42,810 nucleotides of DNA from assembly GCA_018060215.1 (NCBI GenBank), contig JAGOWL010000002.1, positions 1 through 42,810 on the forward strand, in the 5' to 3' direction. The DNA comes from Pseudoxanthomonas sp. Its GTDB lineage: Bacteria; Pseudomonadota; Gammaproteobacteria; Xanthomonadales; Xanthomonadaceae. Both the position numbers and the translations under genes were made by a program. This document shows positions 1 to 9,483 of the stretch, piece by piece (within the stretch, counting starts at the first letter, position 1; each line of letters opens with the position of its first letter). A model generated the notes under the pieces. That model was not told the DNA's origin. It did not search any database and worked only from the letters and a program-made list of their open reading frames with translations.

Positions 1-802
1 GATCATCGCCACGAAGCGCGTTTTCTGCACTGGCCCGGATTTCAGCCAGCGGCGTGCGCAACTCGTGGGCCATATCACGCGAAAAACGCCGTTCGCGTTC
101 GGCGGCGGTGTACAGCCGCTGCAAGGCCTGGTGCAGTGTGCTGATGAAGGGTGCCAGTTCGCGCGGCAGGGCGCTGGAGGGCGGTGGTGGTGGCTGGCCC
201 GGCTGCAGCGTCCGCAGCCGTTCGCTTTGTTCCACCAATGGCAGGAAGGCACGCCGCACCAGCAACAGGCACAGCACCACCGCCACCGCCACCGCAGCGG
301 CGATGATCGCGATCAGGGCCAGGTGGATGCGCCGCTCGGCCAGATCCCAGGCGCCGCGCTCGGTGGCGACTACCAGCCAGTCCGATGTGGCGGCTTCCGG
401 GCGTGGGACACGCAACACGATGGCGCGGCCCGGATGACCATCGGGCAGGAACAGATCGTAATGGCGTGATTGCCCCAGCGGACCCTTCGGCACCGGCAGC
501 GCCTGCCCACGGCTGTTGACCGAACGCAGGATCGGACGCTTGCGCGCGTCATACACGGTGAAGAAATCGGTGTGCCCGCTCAGGTCGTATTCGGGCAGCA
601 GCTTCGCCGCCTGCTCCGGCGTGCGCACCTGCAACTGCAAGGCCAGGGCGCTGGCGCGGACGTTGAGGAAGTGGTCCAGGCGCGCGTACATTTCGCGGTC
701 GATCGCGTAATCCAGCACCAGGAACACCAGGGTCAGGATGAGGCCCATCGCCAACGTCAACTGCCAGGCCAGGCGCCGCCGTATCGACCAGTCGCCATGC
801 AC
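1..802 (-). CDS. Two-component sensor histidine kinase (QseC/CzcS-like), 3' end outside the window
   Basis: Not in the ORF track. Manual translation from GTG at 802 gives MHGDWSIRRRLAWQLTLAMGLILTLVFLVLDY (TM1), and the same frame near the left edge reads ERERRFSRDMAHELRTPLAEIR (H-box). It starts 1 nt after the regulator stop. Confidence 0.9.
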   Translation of the reverse strand, partial: MHGDWSIRRRLAWQLTLAMGLILTLVFLVLDYAIDREMYARLDHFLNVRASALALQLQVRTPEQAAKLLPEYDLSGHTDFFTVYDARKRPILRSVNSRGQALPVPKGPLGQSRHYDLFLPDGHPGRAIVLRVPRPEAATSDWLVVATERGAWDLAERRIHLALIAIIAAAVAVAVVLCLLLVRRAFLPLVEQSERLRTLQPGQPPPPPSSALPRELAPFISTLHQALQRLYTAAERERRFSRDMAHELRTPLAEIRASAENALRGDD

Positions 803-803
803 C

Positions 804-1472
804 TCACTCGAAGACATAGCCAAAGCCCCGACGCGTCTTGATCTGTTCGCCCGTACCGGCCTTGAGCAGCTTGGTGCGCAATGTGCTCATGATGACCTCC
901 ACCGCCTTGTCCGACACTTCGCTGGCACTGTCATAAAGTTGGGAAAAAATCTGGCCACGCGAGAACACCTGCTGCGGCTGGCGCATCAGCAGTTCCAGCA
1001 GGGCGTATTCCTTGGGCGTCAGTTCCAGGTCGCCTTGCCGCCAGAACGCCCGGCGCGAGCGCGGGTCCAGCCTCAGCTCGCCTGCCTGCAGCATCGGTAC
1101 GGGGGGTGCGTCCAGCGGCCGCCGTGCCAGCGCACGCAGGCGTGCCAGCAGTTCGTCGGTGGAGAACGGTTTGACCAGGTAATCATCAGCACCGGCATCC
1201 AGCGCCGTGACCCGATCATCCACCTGGCCGCGTGCCGACAGCATCAGCACTCCGCAGCGCAAACCACGCTGGCGCATTTCGCCCAGCACGGAAATGCCAT
1301 CGCGCTTGGGCAGCATCCAGTCGAGTATCACCAGGTCGTAATCGAAAGCCTGCAGGAAGGCCAGGGCCTGCTCCCCGTCCAGCGCGTGGTCGCAGACATA
1401 GCCTTCACGGGTAAGGGATTTGTCCAGCGCCTGCGCCAGTGCCTGCGAGTCCTCGACGATCAACAACCGCAT
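804..1472 (-). CDS. OmpR/PhoB-family response regulator
   Basis: MRLLIVED, LVILDWMLP phosphoacceptor, GADDYLVKPF, and winged-helix end IKTRRGFGY. Confidence 0.95.
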   Translation of the reverse strand: MRLLIVEDSQALAQALDKSLTREGYVCDHALDGEQALAFLQAFDYDLVILDWMLPKRDGISVLGEMRQRGLRCGVLMLSARGQVDDRVTALDAGADDYLVKPFSTDELLARLRALARRPLDAPPVPMLQAGELRLDPRSRRAFWRQGDLELTPKEYALLELLMRQPQQVFSRGQIFSQLYDSASEVSDKAVEVIMSTLRTKLLKAGTGEQIKTRRGFGYVFE

Positions 1473-1739
1473 GAAAGGATCCCTCGTCGATTTCCAGCGA
1501 GCGGGCCCCTACGGGCAACGGGTCCATCAATAGCCAAGTTGGCAGTATAAGTCGTCGGCCCTGCAAAGCTGGCCTCAAGTCGCCACAGACTGCACCCGCA
1601 CCGGCTTGGCCTGTGCGGGCTGAGCGGGTTGGCCGGGATCGAGGCATGGGCAAACCCTGGCGCGCCCAGGCCCGCATGTGCCGTCGACGATTGCTCGGAG
1701 CCGAAAATGTCAAGCTGCTGTGCGGCAATGGATTGCCCT

Positions 1740-2456
1740 TCAGGCCAGTGCTGCGGCGGCCGGCGTTGCGCCTGTCGCGGCTGGTTGCATGCCGCGCACG
1801 AAGATGGCCACCGCCTTGCGGGTGTCGGCCTTGATCCAGGCCAGGTCGTCGGCATCGACCGTGCCGGCGGTGGAGCGGATGATCGCGCTGCCGAACACCA
1901 TCATGTAGAAGTGGTTGGAGATGATGGCCGGCGAACCCAGCAGCAGCCGGCCGGCACGCTGTTCGCGGGCGAAATACTCGGCCAGGCGCCGGTTCGCCGG
2001 GGCCACGCCATGCTCGAAGTACCAGTCGCGCAGGTCCGGGAAGTTCATCCCTTCGCCCACGACGATGCGATGGGTGACGATGTGGCGGGAGCTGAGGATC
2101 TCCTCCAGCATGTCCTCGGCGGCGATGGGCAGGGCCTGCTCGGGTGGCAACGGTGAATCCTGCAGCTTCTGCAGGCTTTGCGCGAAGCCACCGATGCAAC
2201 GTTCCATGATCGCGTGGGCAAGGCCCTTCTTGCTGCCGTAGGCCTGGTACAGCGTGGCCAGCGAGCCGCCCGAGCGGGCCACGATGTCGCTCAGGCGGGC
2301 GTTGCGGTAGCCCTTTTCCAGGAAAACCTCGATCGCCGCCTGCAGGAACTTCTCGACCCGGCTGTCCGCGCTGGCGCCGCGTGCGGCGGCCGGCGCGGTA
2401 CTGCCATGGCCGCCATTGCCGGGTGCCGCTTTCGGGCCTGGACGCTTGCCGGTCAT
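1740..2456 (-). CDS. TetR/AcrR-family transcriptional regulator (CmeR-like)
   Basis: C-terminal part of ORF 1740..3080. HTH reads AAIEVFLEKGYRNARLSDIVARSGGSLATLYQAYGSKKGL. ATG at 2456 lies 2 nt after the ccmB stop. Confidence 0.88.
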   Translation of the reverse strand: MTGKRPGPKAAPGNGGHGSTAPAAARGASADSRVEKFLQAAIEVFLEKGYRNARLSDIVARSGGSLATLYQAYGSKKGLAHAIMERCIGGFAQSLQKLQDSPLPPEQALPIAAEDMLEEILSSRHIVTHRIVVGEGMNFPDLRDWYFEHGVAPANRRLAEYFAREQRAGRLLLGSPAIISNHFYMMVFGSAIIRSTAGTVDADDLAWIKADTRKAVAIFVRGMQPAATGATPAAAALA

Positions 2457-2458
2457 GT

Positions 2459-3145
2459 TCAGCTCATCGCGATGCGGATGGCCGCGGCGATCACCAGGGG
2501 TGCCAGTACCGCGGCCAGCACCAGGCCGGCGGCGAGCAGCAGCAAGGCGCCGGTGGCATCCAGACCCTGGGCGCTGGCGGCGACGCTGCCGGCGCCGAAC
2601 ACCAGCACCGGCACGTACAGCGGCAGTGCCAGCAGGGCCACCAGGATGCCGGAGCGGCGCATGCCCACGGTCAGTGCGGCGACCACCGCGCCGAGCAGGC
2701 TCAGCAGCGGCGTGCCCAGCGCCAGGGAGACCAGCAGCACCGGCAACTGCTCCCGCGGCAGGTGCAGCAGTTCGCCCAGGACCGGCACCGCCACGATCAG
2801 CGGCACGGCGGTGGTGGTCCAGTGGGTGAACACGCGCACGGCCACCAGCCAGGCCAGCGGCACCGGCGCCAGCAGCCACTGTTCCAGCGAGCCGTCCTCG
2901 GCATCGCCGCGGAACAGGGTGTCCAGCGACAGCAGGCCGGCCAGCAGTACCGCCACCCACAGCACCGCCGCGGCCACTTTCGACAGCGCCTGCGGTCCAC
3001 CACCCACGCCCAGCGCGAACAGCACCACCACCAGCACCGCGAACAGCGCCGGCTGCAGCGAATCGCCGCGGCGCCGCCACAGCAGGCGCAGGTCGCGCAG
3101 CACCAGAGCGCGTGCTGAAGAGACCAGGCCCGGTTCGGTGCTCAT
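2459..3145 (-). CDS. ccmB: Heme exporter protein B (cytochrome c maturation)
   Basis: [32 protein letters not shown] and [14 protein letters not shown] motifs; highly hydrophobic; ATGA overlap with ccmA. Confidence 0.93.
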   Translation of the reverse strand: MSTEPGLVSSARALVLRDLRLLWRRRGDSLQPALFAVLVVVLFALGVGGGPQALSKVAAAVLWVAVLLAGLLSLDTLFRGDAEDGSLEQWLLAPVPLAWLVAVRVFTHWTTTAVPLIVAVPVLGELLHLPREQLPVLLVSLALGTPLLSLLGAVVAALTVGMRRSGILVALLALPLYVPVLVFGAGSVAASAQGLDATGALLLLAAGLVLAAVLAPLVIAAAIRIAMS

Positions 3146-3798
3146 GCTGCCGCGTCCTGCGGCGGCTGCGCGCCCAGTGCCAGCATCCGCGTGCGCACTG
3201 GCGGCGCGGCGTAGGCGCCGTGGGTGGTGACCAGGGTCGCGCCGCCGTCGCGCAGGTGCGCCGAGATCATCCGGTTGACCAGGTTGATGCCGTCCAGGTC
3301 CAGGTTGGCGTAGGGCTCGTCCAGCAGCCACAGCGGTGCCGGGGCCAGCCACATCCGCGCCAGCGTCACCCGCTTCTTCTGCCCGGCCGACAGTTGCCGC
3401 GCCGGGGCGTCCTCGTAGCCGGCCATGCCGACGATGGCCAGCGCGTCCCCGGGCAGCTGGCGCTTGCGGCGGCCATGCAGGCCGCACAGGAATTCCAGGT
3501 TCTCCAGCACCGACAGGTCGCCCTTGAGCGCTGGCAGGTGGCCCAGGTAGGCGATGGCGTGGGCGCGCAGGGCCGCGACGGTGGGGCGGCCGTCGATCTC
3601 GACCCGCCCCTGATCGGCGCGCAGCAGCCCGGCCAGGACCCGCAGCAGGGTGGTCTTGCCCGAGCCGTTGCCACCCTGCACCAGCAGCGCCTCGCCGGCA
3701 TCGACGGCAAAGTCCAGCGGGCCGAACACCGGGGTGTCGTTGCGGGCGAAGGCCAGGCCGCGGACGGCCAGCAGCGGGGTGTGGGAGGCATCGCTCAT
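3142..3798 (-). CDS. ccmA: Heme ABC exporter ATP-binding protein A
   Basis: Walker [14 protein letters not shown] motif, LSAGQKKRV signature, [11 protein letters not shown]. Confidence 0.93.
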   Translation of the reverse strand: MSDASHTPLLAVRGLAFARNDTPVFGPLDFAVDAGEALLVQGGNGSGKTTLLRVLAGLLRADQGRVEIDGRPTVAALRAHAIAYLGHLPALKGDLSVLENLEFLCGLHGRRKRQLPGDALAIVGMAGYEDAPARQLSAGQKKRVTLARMWLAPAPLWLLDEPYANLDLDGINLVNRMISAHLRDGGATLVTTHGAYAAPPVRTRMLALGAQPPQDAAA

Positions 3799-3886
3799 CG
3801 GGGCGCATTGTAGCGGCCGCGGTACGCTGCCGGTGACCGCCTTTGCGTAAACTCGGCGTTCCCGCAATGCCCAGGCCACCCCCGCG

Positions 3887-5041
3887 ATGCCGTTGACCCC
3901 GCAGACCAAGCTGCCCAAGGTGGGCACCACCATCTTCACCGTGATGTCGCAGCTGGCCGCCGAGCACGGCGCGGTCAACCTGGGCCAGGGCTTCCCCGAC
4001 TTCCCGGTGCCGGCGCGGCTGGTGGATGCACTGGACGCGGCGATGCGCGCCGGCCACAACCAGTACGCGCCGATGACCGGGGTGCCGGCATTGCGCCAGG
4101 CCATCGCCGCCAAGGCGCTGCGCTGCTACGGCGCCACGGTCGACCCGGACACCGAGATCACCGTGACCAGCGGCGCCACCGAGGCGATCTTCAACGCGAT
4201 CCACGCGGTGGTGCGTCCGGGCGAGGAAGTGATCGTGCTCGATCCGGCGTACGACTGCTACGAACCGGCCATCGACCTGGCCGGCGCGCGCGCGGTGCAC
4301 GTGCCGCTGGATCCGGTGAGCTTCGCAGTGGACTGGGACCAGGTACGGGCGGCGGTCACGTCCAGGACCCGGATGATCATGGTCAACAGTCCGCACAACC
4401 CGTCCGGGGCGATGTTCGGTGCCGAGGACATGCGCGCCCTGGCGCAGCTGCTGCACGATACCGGCATCTACCTGATTTCCGACGAGGTCTACGAGCACAT
4501 CGTGTTCGACGGCCACCGCCACGAATCAGCGCTGTACTGGCCGCAGCTGCGCGAGCGCGCCTTCGTCATCTCCAGCTTCGGCAAGACCTATCACTGCACC
4601 GGCTGGAAGGTCGGCTACGCGATCGCGCCGCCGGCGCTGAGCGCCGAGTTCCGCAAGGTCCACCAGTACAACGTGTTCTGCACCTTCGCCCCGGCCCAGC
4701 ACGCCTTCGCGGCGATGATCGTCGACGAGCCCGAACACGACCAGCAGCTCGGTGCCTTCTACCAGGCCAAGCGCAACCGTTTCCGCGAGCAGTTGCTGGG
4801 CACGCGGCTGCGGCCGCTGCCGGTGCCGGGCGGCTACTTCCAGCTGGTGGACTATTCGGCGGTCAGCGACCTGCCGGACCTGGAGTTCACCCGCTGGCTG
4901 ACCGTGGAAAAGGGCGTGACCGCGATCCCGCTGTCGCCGTTCTACGAAAGCCCGCCGGCCGGCCAGCGTCTGGCGCGGCTGTGTTTTGCCAAGAACGACG
5001 CCACCCTGGACGCCGCCCTCGAAAGACTCCGCCTCCTGTAG
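3887..5041 (+). CDS. ybdL: PLP-dependent class I aminotransferase (methionine/glutamine transaminase, YbdL-like)
   Basis: [34 protein letters not shown], and [14 protein letters not shown] carrying the PLP lysine. Confidence 0.88.
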   Translation: MPLTPQTKLPKVGTTIFTVMSQLAAEHGAVNLGQGFPDFPVPARLVDALDAAMRAGHNQYAPMTGVPALRQAIAAKALRCYGATVDPDTEITVTSGATEAIFNAIHAVVRPGEEVIVLDPAYDCYEPAIDLAGARAVHVPLDPVSFAVDWDQVRAAVTSRTRMIMVNSPHNPSGAMFGAEDMRALAQLLHDTGIYLISDEVYEHIVFDGHRHESALYWPQLRERAFVISSFGKTYHCTGWKVGYAIAPPALSAEFRKVHQYNVFCTFAPAQHAFAAMIVDEPEHDQQLGAFYQAKRNRFREQLLGTRLRPLPVPGGYFQLVDYSAVSDLPDLEFTRWLTVEKGVTAIPLSPFYESPPAGQRLARLCFAKNDATLDAALERLRLL

Positions 5042-5051
5042 GAAATTGCCG

Positions 5052-5864
5052 ATGAACGACCTTCGCGTTTCCCTGGTGCAAGGCGATACCCGCTGGCACG
5101 ATCCGGCCGGCAACCGCGACCATTACGCCGCGCTGGTCGCGCCGCTGGCCGGGGCCACCGACCTGGTGGTGCTGCCGGAGACCTTCACCAGCGGCTTTTC
5201 CAACGACGCCATCGACCAGGCCGAGGGCATGGACGGGCCCACCGTGGCCTGGATGCTCGCCCAGGCGCGGGCCCTGGATGCGGCGGTGACCGGCAGCGTG
5301 CAGCTGCGCGTGGAGGATGGCGATGGCGCCACCCGGGTCTGCAACCGCCTGCTCTGGGCCACCCCCGACGGGCAACTGGCCCACTACGACAAGCGTCACC
5401 TGTTCCGTTTTGCCGGCGAGCACAAGCGCTACAGCGCTGGCAGCGAACGCCTGTGCGTGGAGTGGAAGGGCTGGCGGATCAATCCGCAGGTCTGCTACGA
5501 CCTGCGCTTCCCGGTGTTCTGCCGCAACCGCTTCGACGTGGAACGGCCGGGGCAGCCGGATTTCGACCTGCAAATCTTCGTCGCCAATTGGCCGGCGGCG
5601 CGCGCCCACGCCTGGAAGACCCTGCTGCGGGCGCGGGCGATCGAGAACCTGTGCTGGGTGGCAGCGGTCAACCGGGTTGGCGTGGATGGCAATGGCCTGG
5701 CCTACGACGGCGACAGCGTGGCGATCGACTTCCTCGGCCAGCCGCAGGTGGAGGCGCACGGCCGCGAGCAGGTGCTGACCACCACGTTGTCGGCTGCGGC
5801 GCTGGCGCAACACCGCGAGCGCTTCCCGGCGATGCTGGACGCGGACGCGTTCGAACTGCGCTGA
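5052..5864 (+). CDS. yafV: Carbon-nitrogen hydrolase, omega-amidase (YafV/Nit2-like)
   Basis: Nitrilase triad motifs LPETF, YDKRHLF and CYDLRFP, plus RARAIEN; follows ybdL. Confidence 0.88.
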   Translation: MNDLRVSLVQGDTRWHDPAGNRDHYAALVAPLAGATDLVVLPETFTSGFSNDAIDQAEGMDGPTVAWMLAQARALDAAVTGSVQLRVEDGDGATRVCNRLLWATPDGQLAHYDKRHLFRFAGEHKRYSAGSERLCVEWKGWRINPQVCYDLRFPVFCRNRFDVERPGQPDFDLQIFVANWPAARAHAWKTLLRARAIENLCWVAAVNRVGVDGNGLAYDGDSVAIDFLGQPQVEAHGREQVLTTTLSAAALAQHRERFPAMLDADAFELR

Positions 5865-5886
5865 GGCGATCGCCTGGCGCGTCGCC

Positions 5887-6978
5887 TCAGCGCACGCCGC
5901 GGCGGTGGAAGTAGACCTGCTCGGCGGCCCAGCGCAGCGGCGCCGAATGCAGCAGCAGGTCGAACGGCCAGTCCATCTGCAGGTGGTCGAAGGCCCAGCG
6001 CAGCACGCGCTTGGTACGGAAGCGCGGCGCGGTGTCGTCGGCCACCTGTTCGGGCGAAGGCCCCTGGCCACGCGCATGCGCGGCGGCGGCCGCTCCGATC
6101 GCCCAGCCATGGGCCCAGGCCGAATGGATGCCGCCGGCGGTGACCGGCGAGACGATCCCGGCCGCATCGCCGGTGAGCATCGCGCCGGGGCGTGACAACG
6201 GCGATACCGGGCCGCCGCAGGGGATCAGCCCGGCGCGCACCGCATCGGGCTCGCGGCCTGGCGGCAGGCCGACGCGATCGGCGATGCGGGCCAGGAACCC
6301 GTCGATGTCCGGCAGGCGCGCGCGTGCGGCATCGTGGCGCAGGGCCAGTCCGGCCTGCACGCCGGTCGGGTTCTGCGCGACCCAGCCGATGTAGCCGGGC
6401 GCGTAGCGGCGGCTGACGAAGCAGTGCAGCGCGTCCGGTTCGGGCAGTTGCAGGCCGGCGTATTCGTGCTCGATGCCGTAGAGGAAGTCGCGCACCTGGC
6501 CCAGCCCGGCGCGCTGCGCCACCCGCGAGCGGGCGCCATCGGCGCCGACCAGCCAGCGCACCTTGCCCACGCCGGCCACCTGCCAGCCGTCGCCATCGCG
6601 TTCGGCGGCGGTGAAAGAGGTGCCCAGGCGCAACTGCGCGCCGTGCGCCGACACCTGGTCGGCCAGCCAGCGCATCAGTTCCGGGGTGTCGGTGGTGAGG
6701 AAGTAGTAGCCCGGCGCGGCCAGGGCGACATCGCGCAGCGACGGCGAGTACAGGCGCACCCGTTCGACCCGGCGCAGGCAATGCGCCGGCGCCTGGCCGA
6801 GCAGGGTCTGTTCGGCGGCCTCGCGGACCACGATCCCGGTGGTGTGCAGGCGTTCGCCGGGGTCGCGCTTGCGCTCGAGCACGCACACCCGCAAGCCGGC
6901 CGAAGCGGCGGCGATGGCGCAGGCGGCGCCGCCGAAGCTGGCGCCGACCACCAGCAGGTCGAAATCCGTGGCGCTCAC
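5887..6978 (-). CDS. NAD(P)/FAD-dependent oxidoreductase (geranylgeranyl reductase/FixC-like family)
   Basis: FDLLVVGASFGG Rossmann motif, VGADGARS, and TGDAAGIVSPVTAGGI FAD motif. Confidence 0.8.
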   Translation of the reverse strand: MSATDFDLLVVGASFGGAACAIAAASAGLRVCVLERKRDPGERLHTTGIVVREAAEQTLLGQAPAHCLRRVERVRLYSPSLRDVALAAPGYYFLTTDTPELMRWLADQVSAHGAQLRLGTSFTAAERDGDGWQVAGVGKVRWLVGADGARSRVAQRAGLGQVRDFLYGIEHEYAGLQLPEPDALHCFVSRRYAPGYIGWVAQNPTGVQAGLALRHDAARARLPDIDGFLARIADRVGLPPGREPDAVRAGLIPCGGPVSPLSRPGAMLTGDAAGIVSPVTAGGIHSAWAHGWAIGAAAAAHARGQGPSPEQVADDTAPRFRTKRVLRWAFDHLQMDWPFDLLLHSAPLRWAAEQVYFHRRGVR

Positions 6979-7021
6979 AGGTCAGTGCGGTGGCAGGCGC
7001 TGGCCATTCAGCCGCAGCCGC

Positions 7022-8623
7022 TCAGCCGTGGCCGCGCGGGCCGCCACCACCGCGGTTGCCGCCGCGCGGCGCACCCCCGGGACGTCCACCCGGGGGGCGG
7101 TTGCCGCCGGCCGGACGGTTGCCGCCGGGGCGAGCCTGGGCGTTGCCGCGCGGACCGCGGTTGCGGTCCTGGGTGCCGTGGCCACCGGGGGTGGCGTGGT
7201 CGGACGGGAAGTGCGGGGCGTTGCCCGGGTGCCCGTAGGGCCGCGCCGGCTTGCGCGCGCCGGCACCCTGGCCGGCACCGCCGGCACCCTGGCCCTGGCC
7301 CTGGCCGCCCTGGCGTTGGCCATAGGGGCTGCCGGACTTGCCTGCGCCGGGCTTGCCGCCACCGGGCTTGCCGCCGGGCTTGCCGTAGCGCGGCTTGCCG
7401 CCGGGACCGGCGTTGCGGTGGCCGCTGGGGCCGGTGTCCACGCCCTCGGGTACGTACCAGGTGCGGAACGCGGCCGGGTTGCCGTCCGGCAGCGGCCTGG
7501 GGCCTTTTTCCTTGCGCTGCTTGAACGGCTTCTGCGACTGCTTGGCCGCCATTTCGCCGCTCACGGTCAGGCCGCCGTGCGGCTTCTTGCCGCCACGGCC
7601 GCGCCGGTCCTCGCGCACATGGTCGAAGCGGCGCAGTTCGCGGCCTTCGTCGGCGGTGTTGTGGCCGTTGACGTAGGCCTGGCCGGGGCCGCGCTCGTGG
7701 CCCACGTGCACGGTGGCCTTGGCCGCGCGGCGCTGGCCGATCACCGGTTGCAGGGTCAGGGTCGTCTCGGCGCCGTCCTCCAGGCCCAGCGACTTGCGTA
7801 GTGCCTGGACCTTTTCGGCGGACAGTTCCTGGGTGTGCCCGCGCAGCAGTTCGCGCGGCAGGCCGATGTCGCCATAGCGGGTGCGCTTGAGCCGGCTGAC
7901 CTGGCAGCCCTGGGACTCCCACAGCCGCCGCACCTCGCGGTTGCGGCCTTCGCTGACCACCACCCGGAACCAGTCGTGGCTGCTTTCGCCCGGCGCGGTC
8001 GCGGTGCCGCCGATGCGCTCGATCTGGTCGAATTTCGCCGGGCCGTCGTCCAGGGCCACGCCGCGGGCGAGGCGGTCGACCAGGTTGTCGGGCACGGTCT
8101 GCTGGCCTTCGGGCGCACGCACCCGGACCACGTATTCGCGTTCGACCTCGTGCGAGGGATGCATCATCGCGTTGGCGATCTCGCCATCGGTGGTCAGCAG
8201 CAGCAGGCCGGTGGTGTTGATGTCCAGGCGGCCGATGGCGATCCAGCGCGCGCCCTTCAGGCGCGGCAGCGAATCGAAGATGGTCGGCCGGCCCTCGGGG
8301 TCTTCGCGGGTGGTCACCTCGCCTTCGGGCTTGTTGTAGACCAGCACGCGCGCCGGGTCGGTCAGGGCCGAGGCGACGAAGGCCTTGCCGTCCAGTTCGA
8401 CGCGGTCGCCGCTGCTGATGCTCTGGCCGACCTGGGCGGTTTCACCGTTGACCTTGACCAGGCCGTCGGCGATGCGCTGTTCCAGCGCGCGGCGCGAGCC
8501 CAGCCCGGCCTGGGCCAGGACCTTGTGCAGGCGTTCTTCGACCTTGGGCGTGGCCGCGGCGGTGTCTTCGCCGCGCTTGAGGGAGAGTTTGCCCAGGGGC
8601 TTGCGGGGGGTGGGGTCGTTCAT
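7022..8623 (-). CDS. rluB: 23S rRNA pseudouridine synthase B with a long low-complexity C-tail
   Basis: S4 domain ERLHKVLAQAGLGSRR, catalytic GRLDINTTG, EGRNREVRR; follows scpAB. Confidence 0.92.
   Translation of the reverse strand: MNDPTPRKPLGKLSLKRGEDTAAATPKVEERLHKVLAQAGLGSRRALEQRIADGLVKVNGETAQVGQSISSGDRVELDGKAFVASALTDPARVLVYNKPEGEVTTREDPEGRPTIFDSLPRLKGARWIAIGRLDINTTGLLLLTTDGEIANAMMHPSHEVEREYVVRVRAPEGQQTVPDNLVDRLARGVALDDGPAKFDQIERIGGTATAPGESSHDWFRVVVSEGRNREVRRLWESQGCQVSRLKRTRYGDIGLPRELLRGHTQELSAEKVQALRKSLGLEDGAETTLTLQPVIGQRRAAKATVHVGHERGPGQAYVNGHNTADEGRELRRFDHVREDRRGRGGKKPHGGLTVSGEMAAKQSQKPFKQRKEKGPRPLPDGNPAAFRTWYVPEGVDTGPSGHRNAGPGGKPRYGKPGGKPGGGKPGAGKSGSPYGQRQGGQGQGQGAGGAGQGAGARKPARPYGHPGNAPHFPSDHATPGGHGTQDRNRGPRGNAQARPGGNRPAGGNRPPGGRPGGAPRGGNRGGGGPRGHG
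7255..7405 (-). repeat. Imperfect coding tandem repeats in the rluB tail (GKPG and GQG units)
   Basis: Repeated ggcttgccg and ccctgg units on the + strand encode GKPGGKPGGGKPGAGK and GQGQGQGAGGAGQGAG. Confidence 0.75.
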
Positions 8624-9438
8624 TGGCTGTTGCTCCGGCTGGCATCGTCATCGTCGCCAGCCTGGTTTTCGGGGATGTCGGAAGCGGCCGGGGCGCCATC
8701 GGCGTCGGCTGCGGTGGGGTGGGTATCGGTGTCCGTGTCCGTGGCGCCGGCCTGGATGCCGTCATCGCCCGGGTCGTGATCGTGGTCGTGGATCGTGCCG
8801 GCGCTGTCGTCTGCGCCCGGCTCGGCGGCCGGGTCATCGCCTGGGCTGGCAGCCAGGCCGGCCGGGGCCGGTGCCGCCTCCGGGTCCAGCAGCAGCTGTG
8901 GCTCCAGTTCGCCGATGTCCTTGAGTTCGGACAGCGGCGGCAGTTCGTCCAGGCGCTTGAGCCCGAAATAGTCGAGGAAGCCCTTGGTGGTGCCGAACAG
9001 GGCCGGCTTTCCGGGTACGTCGCGGTGGCCGATCACCCGGATCCACTCCCGCTCCTCCAGCGCCTGGATGATGTTGCTGCTCACCGCCACGCCGCGGACC
9101 TGTTCGATCTCGCCACGGGTGATGGGCTGGCGGTAGGCGATCAGGGCCAGGGTCTCCAGGGTGGCGCGGGTGTAGCGGGTCTTGCGTTCGGTCCACAGCC
9201 GGGCCACCCAGTCGTGCACCTGGGCCTTGACCTGGTAGCGGAAGCCGGAAGCGACCTCGACCAGTTCCACTCCGCGGTCCTCGCAGGCGGCGGCCAGCTG
9301 CTCCAGCGCCGCTTCCACGCTGCCCGGCGGCGCCGGGGCGTCCTCGGGAAACAGCCCGTGCAGCTGGGCCAGCGCCAAGGGCTGGTTGGCCGCCAGCAGT
9401 GCGGCCTCGACGATGCGGTTGATCAGCGCCTGGTCCAT
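8620..9438 (-). CDS. scpB: SMC-Scp complex subunit ScpB
   Basis: IVEAALLAA, LETLALIAYRQPITRGEIEQVRGV, FLDYFGLKRLDELPPL; acidic tail; ATGA overlap with rluB. Confidence 0.95.
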   Translation of the reverse strand: MDQALINRIVEAALLAANQPLALAQLHGLFPEDAPAPPGSVEAALEQLAAACEDRGVELVEVASGFRYQVKAQVHDWVARLWTERKTRYTRATLETLALIAYRQPITRGEIEQVRGVAVSSNIIQALEEREWIRVIGHRDVPGKPALFGTTKGFLDYFGLKRLDELPPLSELKDIGELEPQLLLDPEAAPAPAGLAASPGDDPAAEPGADDSAGTIHDHDHDPGDDGIQAGATDTDTDTHPTAADADGAPAASDIPENQAGDDDDASRSNSQ

Positions 9439-9483
9439 GGATCTCGCGGCTAGTCGTGGGTGGGTAGGGAGTGCGGCGCGGCG

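Noticed and set aside
1740-4522. Apparent long fusions in the ORF track (446-aa TetR, 687-aa CcmB, 323-aa CcmA)
   Set aside because: The N-terminal extensions are off-frame reads of neighbouring genes. True starts are at 2456, 3145 and 3798.
3887-5864. ybdL-yafV pair as a novel system
   Set aside because: It matches the established glutamine transaminase/omega-amidase pairing.
7255-7405. Short repeats in rluB considered as a CRISPR array or mobile repeat
   Set aside because: They are in-frame coding low-complexity units with no repeat-spacer structure and no cas genes.
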